Assembly (NCBI RefSeq): GCF_009914755.1
Contig: NC_060931.1
Direction: 5' to 3' (one strand)
Length of the DNA stretch: 64,000 nt
Source: the human T2T-CHM13v2.0 reference genome, Homo sapiens
Notes under the pieces: model-generated
The model's database searches: none
The model's input: only the letters and a program-made list of their open reading frames with translations
What the model was told of the DNA's origin: nothing
Made by a program: the position numbers and the translations under genes
Shown: positions 1-16,143 of the stretch, one piece after another
How the letters are laid out: the number at the start of each line of letters is the position of its first letter
Position numbering within the stretch: position 1 is the first letter of the stretch

Positions 1-379
1 GGGTATCTTTGGGGGGCTATAATTCCACCTACCACAGATAACATAGGTGAAGAAGGCCTCAATCTGTCTCTGAGGCTTCATTAACGCAGAGAGAAACAGA
101 GTGCGAACAAGTAACCACTCACCTCTAAGACATCTATTCCATTGTATCAGAGAGGGCTGAGGACACAAAGAGGAGGAAACTAGAAAGAATGTTTATAAAG
201 ATCAGGAAGGCCTTACAGTCTAAATGAGGGGAAAGCTTGCCAGATAGGAATGGGAGTTCTTCTAATAGGAAGAGATAGCATATAAAGTGAGAGAGGCCTG
301 TGAAGTGTTTGGCAAGCTTGGGTAATCACAACTGATTCCATGTGACTAATGGGAGTAAGGGGGTGGGATGGTGACATTA

Positions 380-593
<214 letters not shown>

Positions 594-1689
594 TTAGCAT
601 TAATATGAGAAACAGAATCTTATTTCAGGAAAATTACTCCTGGAACAGTACAGAGGTCAACCTGAAAGGAAAGCGACTGGAGAAAAGGAGACAAATGTAA
701 AACCTTGCTAACATTTACAAGAGGAAAAGAAATGAACACAGTGAGCGTGGGGAGAGGTAGATATGAACAGCTCTGCAGTTGGAGGAACAAACCTTGGAAA
801 TAAGGAGAGGTGACCTGTGTTTAGCTGCACCCCTAGAGGGTGGAATCGGCTGAGGAGCAAGCCCAGCAACACTGAAGTTCAGAGATGGAGCGGCTGGGCG
901 GTGGGCGAGAGAAACTCTTCGGGGACACATGTGGTTCATTTCAGGAGGTAGCTAAACTTTCTACAAAGTTAGTACGTAATTACACACTTATTTTTTAATT
1001 CAACAAAGTAATTTGGGAGAGCTTCATGGGGAGCAGCACTGAGGTTTAAAGAGCTGAGGATACAATTATCTTCATTTAACTTTCTATGCTAAAATATTTC
1101 TTAAAAATAAAGTTGTGCAGCTATTACTATTCAAATATTTCCTTAAATTACCAAATATTTGCTAGATTGACATATGTTGTTTAACTTTTCCTAATGAGAC
1201 TAAACTCCTAGAGCTAGGATACGCAGTATTTCTTCCAAGTTTCCTCTCAATACCTAGCAGATAGATTAAAAACACACTTTTTGTGAGCTATCAGGTAGAT
1301 ACTTTTAATTATCCTACACAAAGAAACAATCTTGGGATGATTTGGATGGATTATCTATGTCTTCATCATTGGCATTCACATTGCTTGCCATTCTTACTTG
1401 CCAGTGTTACAGAATTCAGGGTATACTGAGGTGGCAGCTCGGTGATGGACAGCTGTTCATCTTCTCAATGATCAGCCACCCCTGGTCACTGCACGCTGGA
1501 AAAGTACCTAGTGCAAGGGAAGGACCTCCATTTTTTAATTGCACTTTATGTTAACTTCAAAACTGGCATTAATTCAGTTATTGGAAGACACTTAACTATC
1601 TTTTGAATAATTTGAGTATATAAACATACATAATATCCTTTTTCAACTCTAAGTGGTGTGAAATCTAAACAGATCAAGTACTTCCAATG

Positions 1690-1928
1690 AAAATTTCAGA
1701 ATTGAGATGTTGTCTAAGTGTAAAATATACACTGGATTTTAAAGACTTGGCATCCCTCAAACAGTAAAAATATCTCAGTAATTTCTAAAAATATTGATTA
1801 CTTCTGGCAGAAGCAATATTTGGATGTATTGTCTACATATTAAAACTAATTTTAAAACATTTATTGTAGCTACTAAAAATGTTTAAATTACACATTGTTC
1901 CCATTATATTTCTATTAGATGACACCGA
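1690..1928 (-). mobile_element. hAT-Charlie MITE (MER33-like)
   Basis: Resembles recalled MER33 consensus (aattgagatg...attatatttctatt). Confidence 0.55.
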
Positions 1929-2982
1929 GCCAGATGAAAATAGGATTAAATGAGATTTTCATGTAAGAAATAATTTGTCCGATCTAATCATTTTTTTCTA
2001 AGAAGTATTTACTTGAAATCTTTTTATTTTTATATGTTCATCTAAGTCCCTCTTAGTCACCAAATCAATGCTTAACAGCTGTGCAAGCCAGTTGGCTTTA
2101 GACAGCTCCTGGAGTTTTTAAGGATCATTTCTTGGCAGCTTTAGAAAAAAAAGCACTAATTGAAAGGTTAATCAAATCAGTCATATTTGTATGTTGGTTA
2201 TATAAACACCCTGTCTCCACCAAAGATTAAACAGACGCATTATACTCTACCCAGAAGGCCCATTTATTCTGTAATGATTGTCACTTGCCTTCAAGCTTCT
2301 AAGTAGTAGGGAAGTACTTTGAATACTTTGCAAATGAAAACTCTATTCTGATTTATGAAATGCTTCCACACTGCCAGGATTCTACAGAATCTAAAATATT
2401 TTATAGCAACACCAATTCTACCTGTGGTACACAAGGGGAAAAGGTCAGTTCTACATCTACTCAAAGATAAGTCAGTATCTAAGTTTATTTAAGCACAAAA
2501 ATATAAGCTTAAAAATAGACATATTTTGAGGCACAATGTTGGTTAAAAAACAGCTCTGAATGTCTGCGACAGCACTGGTCAGCACGATCTAAAGATATTA
2601 GCAGTTACTGCCCTGCTCATCTTTAATAAACAGGCGGTCTCCTACCATTTTATCACACCTATGATCCAACAAGACGTGTACTGCAACAGGGTCTGGAAAG
2701 AAGCAGGATGGATGCAAGTTCCGTAGCGTCACTGGTTCTCACTGGTTGCGCCTGTGCTTAGTGATTGCAAAATAATCTGAATCCACCCCTGCCTGGGATG
2801 GAGTTTATTACGGTGACAAAAAAAATGGCTGGCTTCTAGAAATTATTTCTTGAGGTAAAAATTGACTGGAAAATATTTTGTCTTGAAATTACTTAAAATG
2901 TGATCCGGTTTGATGCAAATTATAAGTTATGCAAAAAATGTGGAATAATAAAGGATTACTCAATTCTAAGTTCAAAAGTACA

Positions 2983-3121
2983 TTTATTTAAAATGTGGGC
3001 AAGATATCAATATAAAAGAAAACAGAGTATAAGAAATAAAAATAATCAAAGTACAAAACATTTCAAATCTTTAACATCCATAATTTAGAGATAGCAAGGT
3101 CTTTATTTACACCATTTTATT
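2983..3121 (-). terminator. PAXIP1 3' UTR poly(A) signals
   Basis: AATAAA on the minus strand at 3116-3121, 3102-3107 and 2983-2988, with U/GU-rich downstream sequence. Confidence 0.75.
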
Positions 3122-3425
3122 TCTAGTTGAAGTCCCGTAACAGTTTTGTGAAAACATTTAAAAACCTGGCAAATGAATCATAAAACCTAATGTGGGCTCT
3201 TAAAGTCATATAATACAAAACATAATTTATGTTTCCTCAGAATAAAATTGCACATCTTAAAAAGATGCAGTATATTTATTATATCTGTCTTCCTGCTTCA
3301 CAGTCTGATCCCCCAGGAAAGCAGCTGGAAAACAAGAGCATGTGAAGGAAGCGCAGCAGCTCCTCGCCAGCCAGACAGCCAGCCCCGCACCGCAGGAGTC
3401 GACATGCACGGCAGCCTAGACGCCA

Positions 3426-3441
3426 TCAGTTAAACTTATAT
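3426..3441 (-). CDS. PAXIP1: PAXIP1 exon 21 CDS (16 nt, (S)YKFN*)
   Basis: AC acceptor after TTTTCCTCAAC branch site; TGA at 3428-3426. Confidence 0.92.
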
Positions 3442-5636
<2,195 letters not shown>

Positions 5637-5641
<5 letters not shown>

Positions 5642-5770
5642 GATTCATAGTCCAGCGTTTGAGTGAGCACTCCAGTCAGAACGAACTCTGCATTGTGAAC
5701 ATCTGAACAGGGTGGAAACAGACACTTTAGTTAGAGATCCACTGCTGTGCGTGCACACATACTCACACAG
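5637..5770 (+). ncRNA. Candidate antisense lncRNA exon (probably PAXIP1-AS2)
   Basis: Branch CTAAC 5602-5606, pyrimidine tract, AAG| at 5636, donor CAG|GTAAGC at 5770/5771. PAXIP1-AS2 is recalled to overlap the PAXIP1 3' end. Confidence 0.6.
5642..5702 (-). CDS. PAXIP1: PAXIP1 exon 20 (61 nt, DVHNAEF...DYES)
   Basis: Acceptor GTTCAG; AT-type U12 donor ATATCCTTT. Confidence 0.94.
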
Positions 5771-5788
5771 GTAAGCGGGGAAACGTAC

Positions 5789-5864
5789 CTATGCCTCTGG
5801 CAAAATATTCTCGGCATAAATGAAGGTCATTTTCACAGGATATTAAAATTATTTCCGACAAACT
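5789..5864 (-). CDS. PAXIP1: PAXIP1 exon 19 (76 nt, SLSEIILIS...ARGI)
   Basis: Acceptor TCCTTAG, donor TAG|GTACGT. Confidence 0.94.
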
Positions 5865-5955
5865 CTAAGGAAAAGAAAATGAGTTTCTCAGTGACCGAAC
5901 GCTGAATGTGATACAGGGCAATGACGGACTCGCTGGCGGACTCCACTCTACCCAC

Positions 5956-6090
5956 CGAGTTCTGCTTGTGCTCCATGAGCTTCCGGAAAGATGGCTGCTT
6001 GGATAACACCTTTCCTCCTGCACACTCTACGATTGCCTTCATAGTGGAAAGACTTGGGCAGATTCCAGGTGTGATGTAAAAATATTTTGC
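5956..6090 (-). CDS. PAXIP1: PAXIP1 exon 18 (135 nt, AKYFYITPG...KQNS; BRCT6)
   Basis: ORF 5833..6042; acceptor TTTTAG, donor TCG|GTGGGT. Confidence 0.95.
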
Positions 6091-7179
6091 CTAAAATTAA
6101 ATGAAAATATATGTATTATGTTCTTAAAATGCTTTAATTTTTAGAGTACATAATTCTCATAGATTCTGCCCTGAGATTTTTGACAAAATTTCAAATTTTA
6201 TGACATTATGAAGGTACTATTCTCCTACTAGCACTCAATCTGAAGTGGAAGAGGAATCCAGCTATGTAAATTTGGAATGTAAGCATTTTCACATGTTAAG
6301 TATGCCTGAAGATGATTTAAAGTAACCAGAACTTAAGTCCCTAAAACAAAGTGTTTTGTGAATAAGCAAGAATATTACAAATATTTTTCACAATTTCTAT
6401 ACAATTTTAAATCAGCATTATATTTCACCACACTTATCTGCCCAGCAACAGCCTCTGGCATAGTATGCTGCCTGGCTTATATCCCTTTTCTTTATTTTCT
6501 CCATATTATTTGAACTCAGAGCAGGAAATGATATTGATGCTTAAGATTTAATTATCTAACAAGATTGCTCCTGAGGATACCACAAAATACTATTCTGTCT
6601 GAAACTGCAAATAATTTCTAATTCCTGTTGACTCCTTAAGAAGGTTAAAGAACCGATTATCTTTATTGATTTACTTAGTTCTTTGGTACAAAAAAAATTC
6701 CTAGCTGTTCTAACACTTATCTAACATTTAAAAATCTTTTAGTACTGAATTATATCTATGCACACACTGAATATTTTCCCAAGTATCTTCTCCAGCTGAA
6801 TATACATTTACTGACAATAGTACGAAGTAAGCGATGTCCTCTAAAGATTTATTAAAAGCAGAAAAATGAACATGCCTCTTAACCAATTACTCAAAAACCT
6901 ATTCTTTGAATAACTTATTTCTCATAGATGTATTTATTAAATTTGTGTACTTATTTTTAAACATTATAGTAAAGAAAAGTTCTCTAGAGATGTGCTGTGG
7001 TTCACAGGAGGAAGACCTCCAGTGGCAATGTCCAAGAAGGAAGCCAAGAGGTAAATGGGATGCAGGGTGAGCCCAGCTCCCCTGGAGGCGCACTTCCCAC
7101 CAAATCACCTGGTAGTTCCCTTGAGCAGGTCCGTGTGTTATGCTTACTTGGACTGATTTACTTTTCCCTTAAAGTGTAC

Positions 7180-7280
7180 CTTAAAGAGTGGAGAAACGTG
7201 TGCCCGTTTTAAGGATTCTTCCAAGCTGAAAGAGAAAAGTACTTCTGCCTCAGCATCTCGGAGAATGTAGTTCTGCTCAT
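7180..7280 (-). CDS. PAXIP1: PAXIP1 exon 17 (101 nt, DEQNY...PLFK)
   Basis: ORF 7144..7335; acceptor TTCCAG, donor AAG|GTACAC. Confidence 0.95.
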
Positions 7281-7540
7281 CTGGAAAACAGAACAGCACA
7301 TACTCTGAAAAGTGTGGACACGTGAAGTGTGGCAAGTGTGACCCACAAAATTCTCGCCCATATTCAGGTACATAATATTACAGCTACATTTACCTGTACA
7401 GCCTTCGGATATTTAAATGTCACCATTATATTTCATTTACTTCCCTCTAAAAACAGCCAGACCAAAAAGACAGACAGGTATTTTTTCTCCTAGATCAGTG
7501 GTAATTAACCATTTGGGGTCATAAACTCTTGAAAAAAACG

Positions 7541-7830
7541 GGCTGGGTGTGGTGGTTCATGCCTGTAATTCCAGCACTTTGGGAAGCCGGGGAAGGAAAG
7601 CTGCTTGATGCCAGGAGTTCGAGAACAGCCTGGGCAACACAGTGAGACTTCATCTCTACAGAAAAATTTTAAAATCAGCTTGGCATGGTGGCATGTGCCT
7701 GTAGTCCCAGCTACTCGGGGGACTGAAGTGGGAGGATCGCTTGAGTCTGGGAAGTTCGAGGCTGTGGTGAGCCATCATTGCACCACAGCACCCCAGCCTG
7801 GGCAACAAAGTGAGATCTGGTCTCAAAATA
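7541..7830 (+). mobile_element. AluJ-type element
   Basis: Diverged dimeric Alu. Confidence 0.9.
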
Positions 7831-8872
7831 ATAGTAATTTTTTTTTTTTTAACAACAAAAATGTAAAAAAAGAAAAAAAAAATTACTGAAAAATATGAAC
7901 CCTCTTCCCATAGCTGCTCCTCCCCTCTTTACCCCCCGACTATTTTAGGAAGTTCACCAACTTTCCAAGCCCGCAGATCTCAGGTTAAAATCTCCAGTCC
8001 TAGAAAGACAAGCTTCAAATAATCCCATCCAAGTGTATATTATATATATATATGTTATATATATACACTAACTCCTCAAGGACTTGTAGGACATTGGAGT
8101 CATTTGGCTCATAATCAATTATGTGAATTACCAAACTTTAAAGATTTACCAAACACACATTCAAGTATATAAAAGTATACAGCAATTTATAAAGGATAGT
8201 TTTATCAATTTTTAAAGACTTCTGACAATTATTAATAATTGACAGATTTTCAGTTTTCATAGCAACATTTTAAGAAATGTGTCAAAAGGTAAAGATCACA
8301 AAATGTTTCAATCTTCCTATAAATATGCCTCATATTCAGAAAACCATTTCTCCTCCGCCGCCATTTCCTACCAACCATACAGCATAATAAGGCAGCTCAA
8401 ACCCAATAATATATACATCAAAAGCAGAAAACAAGGAAAAGTGATTTGGGATTGGCAAACTGGGGTTGACAAGATGATACATATTTTAGGATTTGTGGGC
8501 TATGTATTATTTCTCCTGCATATTCCTCTTCTCTTTTTTAAGCAATATTTAAAAAATGTAAAAACCATTTTCAGCGTATGGACCAGTTTGCTGACTGCTG
8601 GGCAGGAGCAACCACATCATGACAGAAATGCAGGGATCTGTTCACCAACGGCCAGAAATACAAAATCAATCCCTGAGTCAACCAGCAGATAGAAAGGCTG
8701 CTTTTTAGGTGAAAGGAGAAAAAGAATGTCTAAAATTTGGAAAAACAAAAAATGATGAATTAAAAAAGGAACAAAAAAAGTACTGTTACACATGAGATGG
8801 TATATTTGAAGTGTTACTTTCAAAGCTGATATGCCTTCTGAAGAACTTGTGTGAGATCACCAAGAATAGTTA

Positions 8873-9197
<325 letters not shown>

Positions 9198-9439
9198 AAG
9201 TAATATTGAAAAATACAGTAATACAGCTAAGACGATCCTGTCACAGATGAGACATTGAGATTTTGGTTTTTTCAAACAGGGTTATGTTACCTTAGTAGTA
9301 GCAATGTAAAGACTCAACCTGAACATTAAACTTTTCATGGAAGTACAAAAGAAATGAGTATCCTAGAAATTGATTATAATATTGATGTCTCAAATTTTAT
9401 GTAAGTTACACATAAATATAAAATCCCAAAAACATGCAC

Positions 9440-10770
9440 CTACCAAAACAGGTGGAGAAAAGAGTGTTTTCAACAAATGATGCTGGAACAACTGCACATC
9501 CATATGCAATAAAAGGAAGCTGGACACAGACTTTACCCTCTTTTAAAAAAAACTGACCCAAAAATGGAACACAGACCTAAATGTAAAATGCAAAACTATG
9601 AAACTCCTAGAAGATAACACAGGAGAGAATCTAAGGGACCTTGAGTTTGGCAATGACTTTTTAGATACAACACCAAAGACACAATCCATGAAAGAAATAA
9701 GAAGTAACCTGGACCTCACCTATTAGAATGGCCAAAACCCAGAGCACTAACACCAGCATATGCTGAGGAGGATGTGGAGCAACAGGAGCTCCCATTCACT
9801 GCAGGTGGGAATGCAAAATGGCACAGGCACTTCAGAAGACAGCCTGGCGGTTTCTTACAAAGCTAAACATACTCTTACCATATGATCAAGCAATTGCAAC
9901 CTTGTTGATTTACCAAAAGGAGTTGAAAACTTACGTCCACACTAAAACCTGTACATGGATGTTTTAGCAGCTTTACTGCTAACTGCGAAAATTTAGAATC
10001 AGCTAAGATGTCCTTGTGTAGGTGAGGGGCTGAACAGATACATTCTGACAATGGAATATTATTTAGTGCTAAAAAGAAATGCTTTATGAAGCCATGAAAA
10101 GACATGGAGGAAGCTGGGACGTATATTGCTAAGCAAAGGAAGCAAATCTGAAAATCCTATATACTGTATGATTCCCAATATGTAACATTCTGGAAAGGGC
10201 AAGACTATAGAAAGAATAAAAGATCAGTGGTTGCCAGGGGTCAGCAGGCAGGAAGGAATGAGTGGGTGGAGCACAGAGGATTTTCAGGGCAGTGGAACAA
10301 CTCCATATGACGCTGTAAAGCAAAATCATGTCCTTACACATTTGTTAAAACCCAATGACTGTTCAAGGCCAAGAGTGAGCCCTAATGTAACTATGGACTT
10401 TGGGTGACTGGCCAAGAGTGAGCCCTAATGTAACTATGGACTCTGGGTGACTAGCCAAGAGTGAGCCCTAATGTAACTATGGACTTCAGGTGACTGGCCA
10501 ACAGGGAGCCCTAATGTAACTATGGACTTCGGGTGACTGGCCAAGAGTAAGCCCTAATGTAACTATGGACTTTGGGTGACTATGACCCAAATGTCAATGT
10601 AGCTTCATTAACAGTTAATAAACATTTCACTGTGGTGTGGGATGGTGACTGTAGTGGGGGTGGCGGTGTGTGTGCATGGGTATGGGCTGGGGTATATGGG
10701 AACTCACTGTACTTTCTGTAATTTTGCTGTGAACTTAAAACTGCCCTAAAAATTGTCTATTTTTAAAAAA
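9440..10770 (+). mobile_element. Old L1 (L1M-type) 3' fragment
   Basis: L1 ORF2-end and 3' UTR motifs (caacaaatgatgctggaacaactg; gggaatgcaaaatggcaca). Confidence 0.85.
10367..10581. repeat. 43-bp tandem repeat, 5 copies
   Basis: GGCCAAGAGTGAGCCCTAATGTAACTATGGACTTTGGGTGACT units start at 10367, 10410, 10453, 10496 and 10539. Confidence 0.95.
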
Positions 10771-11474
10771 CAATAATTATAAACTGGAAAAATTCTCTTA
10801 GGAAATCCTAAAATATGGAAGATAAAATATGAAATGTTTTCTCAGTATTAAATGTTTATAACAACCACTTTCTAACCCTCAGAGAGCAACACAGCAAATA
10901 CTTATTAACAGTGCCATAAAGAAATAAAAGCTAGTCAACCAAAACTTCCCATTAAATAGGAACTGTAAACTTTATATACAGATAAAACAACCACATTTTC
11001 ACAAACTGAAACTTGAAAAATTAAGTAAATTGGTCATTCACTAAATTGGCTGCTTGGCAAACTAATTTTCAAAGAATTAGCATGTTCTTGGTTGGAAAAG
11101 AAAAAGAATAAGCAAAGTCAGAAAGTAACAAAAAAGATCTCTAAAGCTGGGTGTTGCCCAAAAGCAGCCGATGGAGCCAACCAGAGGCTGGAACATTACA
11201 GACCCGCTTTCCCCACCACCCAAGCTGGTGTATGCCATGCTCCCACAGCAGAAGCTAAAAAAGTACACTTACTATTTCTATTAACGAATAGACTATCTCC
11301 TTCTAAACTGTATAACATTATATGAAATTGGAAGCTAAAATGTTTGTAGTAATTGTTTCTACTATGTTCTTCTTCTGCCTTCATTGTTAAGTTTTATGTT
11401 TCATTAATACCTTTTTAGAGTCAAAAAATTTTCAAAATTTCAATTAAAAAAATTTCTAAATACCATTTAGTACA

Positions 11475-12086
11475 TGCGAGCCGCATTATTTCACAGATTC
11501 TTTGCTAATTTTCCTCCCCTCTGAAATTTATTTATGAACCCACAATCAGTGTCTGTGGCACTTCGGTGGCCATTTGTGGACGTACGTGGACTGGAAAAGA
11601 TTCAGTCACCCACATGAACGTTCCTAGCCGGGAGGAACAAGGCCATGCCTTGCCTTCCTGTTCCAGCTGAAATGGTGAATAAGCATCCTTTTTGTGATCT
11701 ATTTAGTGCTATTGCTTTCAAATTTGTGTGCTTTATGTTGGTGATTTTGCTGTTTAAAATGTCCACAGCCCTAAGTGCAAGAAGGCAGTGATGTGCCTTA
11801 TGGAGAAAATATGTGTCTCAGGGAAGCTTCATGCAGGCGTGAGTTACAGTGCTGTGGATCATGAGTTCAATGTCAGTGAATTAACAATATACATTGAATA
11901 AGGTACCTTTAAACAGAAACACACATAAAACAAGGTTATATATGATTGGCTGATGAAAATGTAGTGAACAGAGGCGCTCAGGAACCTAACCCCGTGTTTA
12001 CCCAGAGACTACAGTACAGCATTCACTAACTCAGTGTCTGTGCAACTTTATAGAGCATAACTACCTGTATGACAAGAATTGCCTGA
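11475..12086 (+). mobile_element. TcMar-Tigger DNA transposon (MER82-like)
   Basis: Matches recalled consensus (gtctatttagtgc..., cacacataaaacaaggttat, ggaacctaaccc). Confidence 0.65.
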
Positions 12087-13531
12087 ATATCATAGTTGAG
12101 GATTTAGTCTTTCCTTCAGATTAATGATTTATTCTTTCCTGAGTCTTACTGCCTTAGATATACAGAATCATAAAATTTTAACTTTACTTCTAGCTTTGCT
12201 ATAAACAGCAATCTTAAGTATCTTTATTTTTCTGGGTCTTCTCATCTGTAAAATTAGACTACATGAACTTTAAGATATATACACTTCTAATTTATTTACA
12301 TAAACATGAATTATATTTAAAATCTGTGGCCAAAAATGTGACATGAATCTAAAATATTTTAAATTTAAAAGATGGATTTAATGACGACTTGTGTCTGTTA
12401 AGTGATAAATAAGGTGAGTTTAGCCACAAGAGTGTAACGGGACCTAGTAGCGCCCCCTGCAGGCCTTGCTTGCTCCACAGCCACATGACTTGCTCTTCCC
12501 TTTGGCAGCTGTATCTTTCTGCTTAAGGGGTCGGGGGCGAGGGAGGCATAGGTGAGAAAGTGCGAGAACACGTCAATATAGGGCAAACAACTGGCACAGA
12601 AAAATGAGCATGTGGATGCTCTAAATCAGGGGCTGGTGATCAATATCATTGCTACATGATGGAGTAGCCAGGGAGCTCAGTTTTAGTGCCAGTGTGGTTG
12701 GGGCAGAAAGACCAAATGAGAAAAACGACTGAGAATTCAGTGAAGCTTGTCATGGGGCATGTGTCTGAGCCTTTCAACCCAGACAGGGCCCAGGGGAGGA
12801 TGGAGGACACAGCTGGGGAAGCTGAGAGGTGCCTGACCTAGATGACGCACTGGGGACACCAACCCTGCAGACACAGGGTGACACCACTCCTATGCAGGAC
12901 AGTAAGGGCACATAGCTGCCCTGGCTATACAACCTCCATGAAGAAAAAAAATTGCTTAGAATTTATACTTATTTTATACCTAGCAAGGTTCTAAAAACAT
13001 TTAGGTGTGTATCAATCTAAGAAAAAACTATCCTTTACATACCATGTCTAAATGTGCCTGTTAGTAAAAGAATTTCTCTTTGGGGGCTCTGAACAATGGA
13101 AGATGGGCAAGAGGACATAGATGTCTTTCCCTCCTTATATAAACTGATATTCAAAGTGTATTTGAGTAGGACATTTACATACACCTGCTCTCTTTCCAAA
13201 TAAAGAAAAAAATACTTCCCTGCACTTTGAAAAATCTCATTTTACAGCCAGATTTCCAAACAAAATATACTAACAAGAAAATAAAAAGAGGGATATAGAG
13301 GTTGTTTTCCCCCTAATATTGTCCAATTTACCAAAACTTTTACACCTAGGGTAAAATGCAAAGACATCAATCAAAGGAATCACTGGGGATATGAAATAAA
13401 TTTTTAAATTTAAATGAATAACTATCACATAGTTTAAAAATTAAATATTTGTTGGGATGAAAAGAGATGAATTCAAGAAAAAAAAAAGTTTATTTGGCAT
13501 TAAAAGCAAAGTTACTGGCGCTGCTCCTTAC

Positions 13532-13700
13532 CAATGAACTTCTGACACCTGAAGCATTCTTCCAGCCACTCTGGCGTCACTATGTGCTTCACGACAGAAA
13601 TCGCCGTCAGGAACTTCACGGTGCGAGTCACTTTGCTGGCAATGAGGTGTGTGCACTTCTGTGCAGACTCCGCAACCTCTCCACCAAGAATGTAGAGCTT
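13532..13700 (-). CDS. PAXIP1: PAXIP1 exon 16 (169 nt, KLYILGG...CQKFI)
   Basis: Acceptor CTTTAG, donor TTG|GTAAGG. Confidence 0.95.
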
Positions 13701-14805
13701 CTAAAGGTCACAAACACAGGTCGGAAATGAAAAAGTTCAGCATCCACAGAGCCACACTGACACAGAGTAACACAGAGGAATATCTACCTAAAGACAAGGT
13801 TTATGACTGTAATTCTCAGCCACAGAAAACAGTGTGACAGGTAAAACAAAACCTGTAACTACAAGAGAAAAATAAAAAAGAGAATTTATCATTTACATTT
13901 CTGTAGTTCAATTCCACACAAATCAAGATTAAAACATGAATTCTCCATCAAACATCAATAACATATCTCCATGAATAAATTAAATGACATGAGAATGATG
14001 CAGCTCACTTCACAATGAAGAGTAAACAGCCAAGACTTCCTAGGCCAAAACTGGTGTTAATGAAGAACATTTACCTGCTATCTTCATTTTTTGAAATGAT
14101 AGCATAAAAACTGGCTAAGACTTGAGCATATAAAAAAGCGAGCTCCTAATAACTATCCTCACATTTTAAAGGTGGAGAAATTAATTTGTTCTAAATGTAT
14201 AATACTAGCATTTATAATTGTTTCTTTTCCTTAAAAAGGAAACCAGGAGTAAAATGTACGAATCCACCATAATACAGGTCAACTTATACTCTTAACCATC
14301 CTCTCCCTCACCAAAACAAAACAAAATCCCATCATCCTTTGGGATGTTATTTCAAAAAGTATATTTAAAACCTGTGCCCATTTATCATCTAAACAAATAC
14401 ACAAACTCCTTTTTGGCCTCACTCTACCCAAGAAAACTAATCTTGGATAGACTGTGTTTCAATCAGAGATCTTGAAAAGACAGTTTTCCTTCATGCTGGA
14501 TGTCTTTATGAATACGACACAGAAGGAGACTTGCAAATGTTCATGTGACTATTAACATGGTTCCTGGCCTATACTAATAAGAAAGCAAGTATCTAAGTAT
14601 GAAATAATAGCACAGAACAGGGCAGGAAGCCACTAAATATTTAGTTATTACTATAAATACTACTAAAAATACTTCATAAATATGCACCATAAAGACTGTT
14701 ATAACTATCTAAACTATGTAAGTTAATAAAACTGCTGATCTGAAGTAAATATATACAAAAAAGGACACTGCTAAAAATCCTTGTACGAAGTAGATGAAAT
14801 TTCAC

Positions 14806-14908
14806 CTTAATATACTGTTGAACCTGGACAGGCTCGAATCCAGTGAAAAGCACAAAAGGGGTCAATTCTGGAGTTAGCTTTTTAGTGGGAGGTGGTACGT
14901 CTTCAATT
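14806..14908 (-). CDS. PAXIP1: PAXIP1 exon 15 (103 nt, IEDVPPP...QQYIK; start of BRCT5)
   Basis: ORF 14674..14946; acceptor CCACAG, donor AAG|GTGAAA. Confidence 0.95.
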
Positions 14909-16043
14909 CTGTGGAAGAAATACACATAAAATAGTAGTGATTTCATATTTACTTACAATGAAAATTTTCTTTAGAAAACAAGGGATTTCATTAGTTTAAC
15001 AAGCTTTAACTGCATGTGGTTTTTATTCTTAAAGGAAAAATACAATGAGCTATCTGTCCTTCCTTTCTTTCCACCATTTCCATAAAGTCACCTTCCAAAA
15101 AAGACTACCTTTGAAGCCTCCAAGGGAGGCATCCAATTCACTTTTGGTTAAGATCAATACTTTCTTCTTCATCAATCCCCTCCTGATTAATTTTTTTAAT
15201 TGGCTTTCAGAAGAAAGCAAATATCAAAGTTGCTTCTAAACATCACTGATTTTGCTAGCTCTATCACTTCATTTTTTTCTATCAAGTTTTTAAGATAACC
15301 TTGTGTGACTCAGGCCATTCCTTGTTTGCACGTTCACCATCAATACAAGTCAGCCAAGACGAGTGTCGCTAGAGCTTCCAGTGTCTTTCACATTCTAGCC
15401 CTCTTCAACCACAAATTATAAAAACGTGGCTCTGCTCAAGCACACGTTTTAAATTAAACCTTTTTGTTTTTTACATGAATTTTTTAGGTCTTTTTTTCAG
15501 GTTATTATTTTCTGAGACAGTCCAATAAAAATTTATTTTAAAATGTATTTGTGGTAATTTGATGACAGCCTCAAAAAAATCACATAATTAGGATTTTATT
15601 ACAAAAGTCAACAGTTCAGTTTGTGTTCTGGAAGTGGGGAATGGAAGGAGGGAAAGAGGAGGAGCAGGGAGAGAAAAGATGAGGAACCTGGTAACTGCAA
15701 AAAACAATTCAAGCAGTTATATTTCACCATGTACAGTCTGGAAAGAAGAGTTTTCTAGAATCAAGGAAGAAAATAAAAGCTCTGTTAGTTTGCTCCTGCA
15801 TTTGCTATGCCTTTCTAATTAAATGATTGGAAGGACTTCATTATTGACTCCTGCTGGCCGACATGACACTAAAATGATATGCATCTCAATCTGCATACTC
15901 CAAGCCAAAACCCAACATGCCATATGCATTGCACATGTCCTTCCAAAGGCTTTGGGTCTGGATCCTCCTTCCCACCGTGGCCAACATTGCTTTGTCCTCA
16001 TCAAGAACTGGCAGATCCAAGGAGCATACCCAAGATGACGCCA

Positions 16044-16143
16044 CAGCCTACATGCTCTCTCGGCACCTACATGCTCTCTCGGCACCTACATGCTCTCTCG
16101 GCAGCCTACATGCTCTCTCGGCAGCCTACACGCTCTCTTGGCA
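16044..16143. repeat. 19-20 bp minisatellite, 5 copies
   Basis: CCTACATGCTCTCTCGGCA(G) units. Confidence 0.95.

Noticed and set aside
6990-7068. Further + strand exon candidates for the antisense RNA (also around 1405-1503 and 6520)
   Set aside because: Splice signals are individually plausible but too weak to call without transcript data.
10367-10581. CRISPR-like regular array
   Set aside because: Units are head-to-tail with no unique spacers, derive from L1 sequence, and there are no cas genes; the DNA is human.
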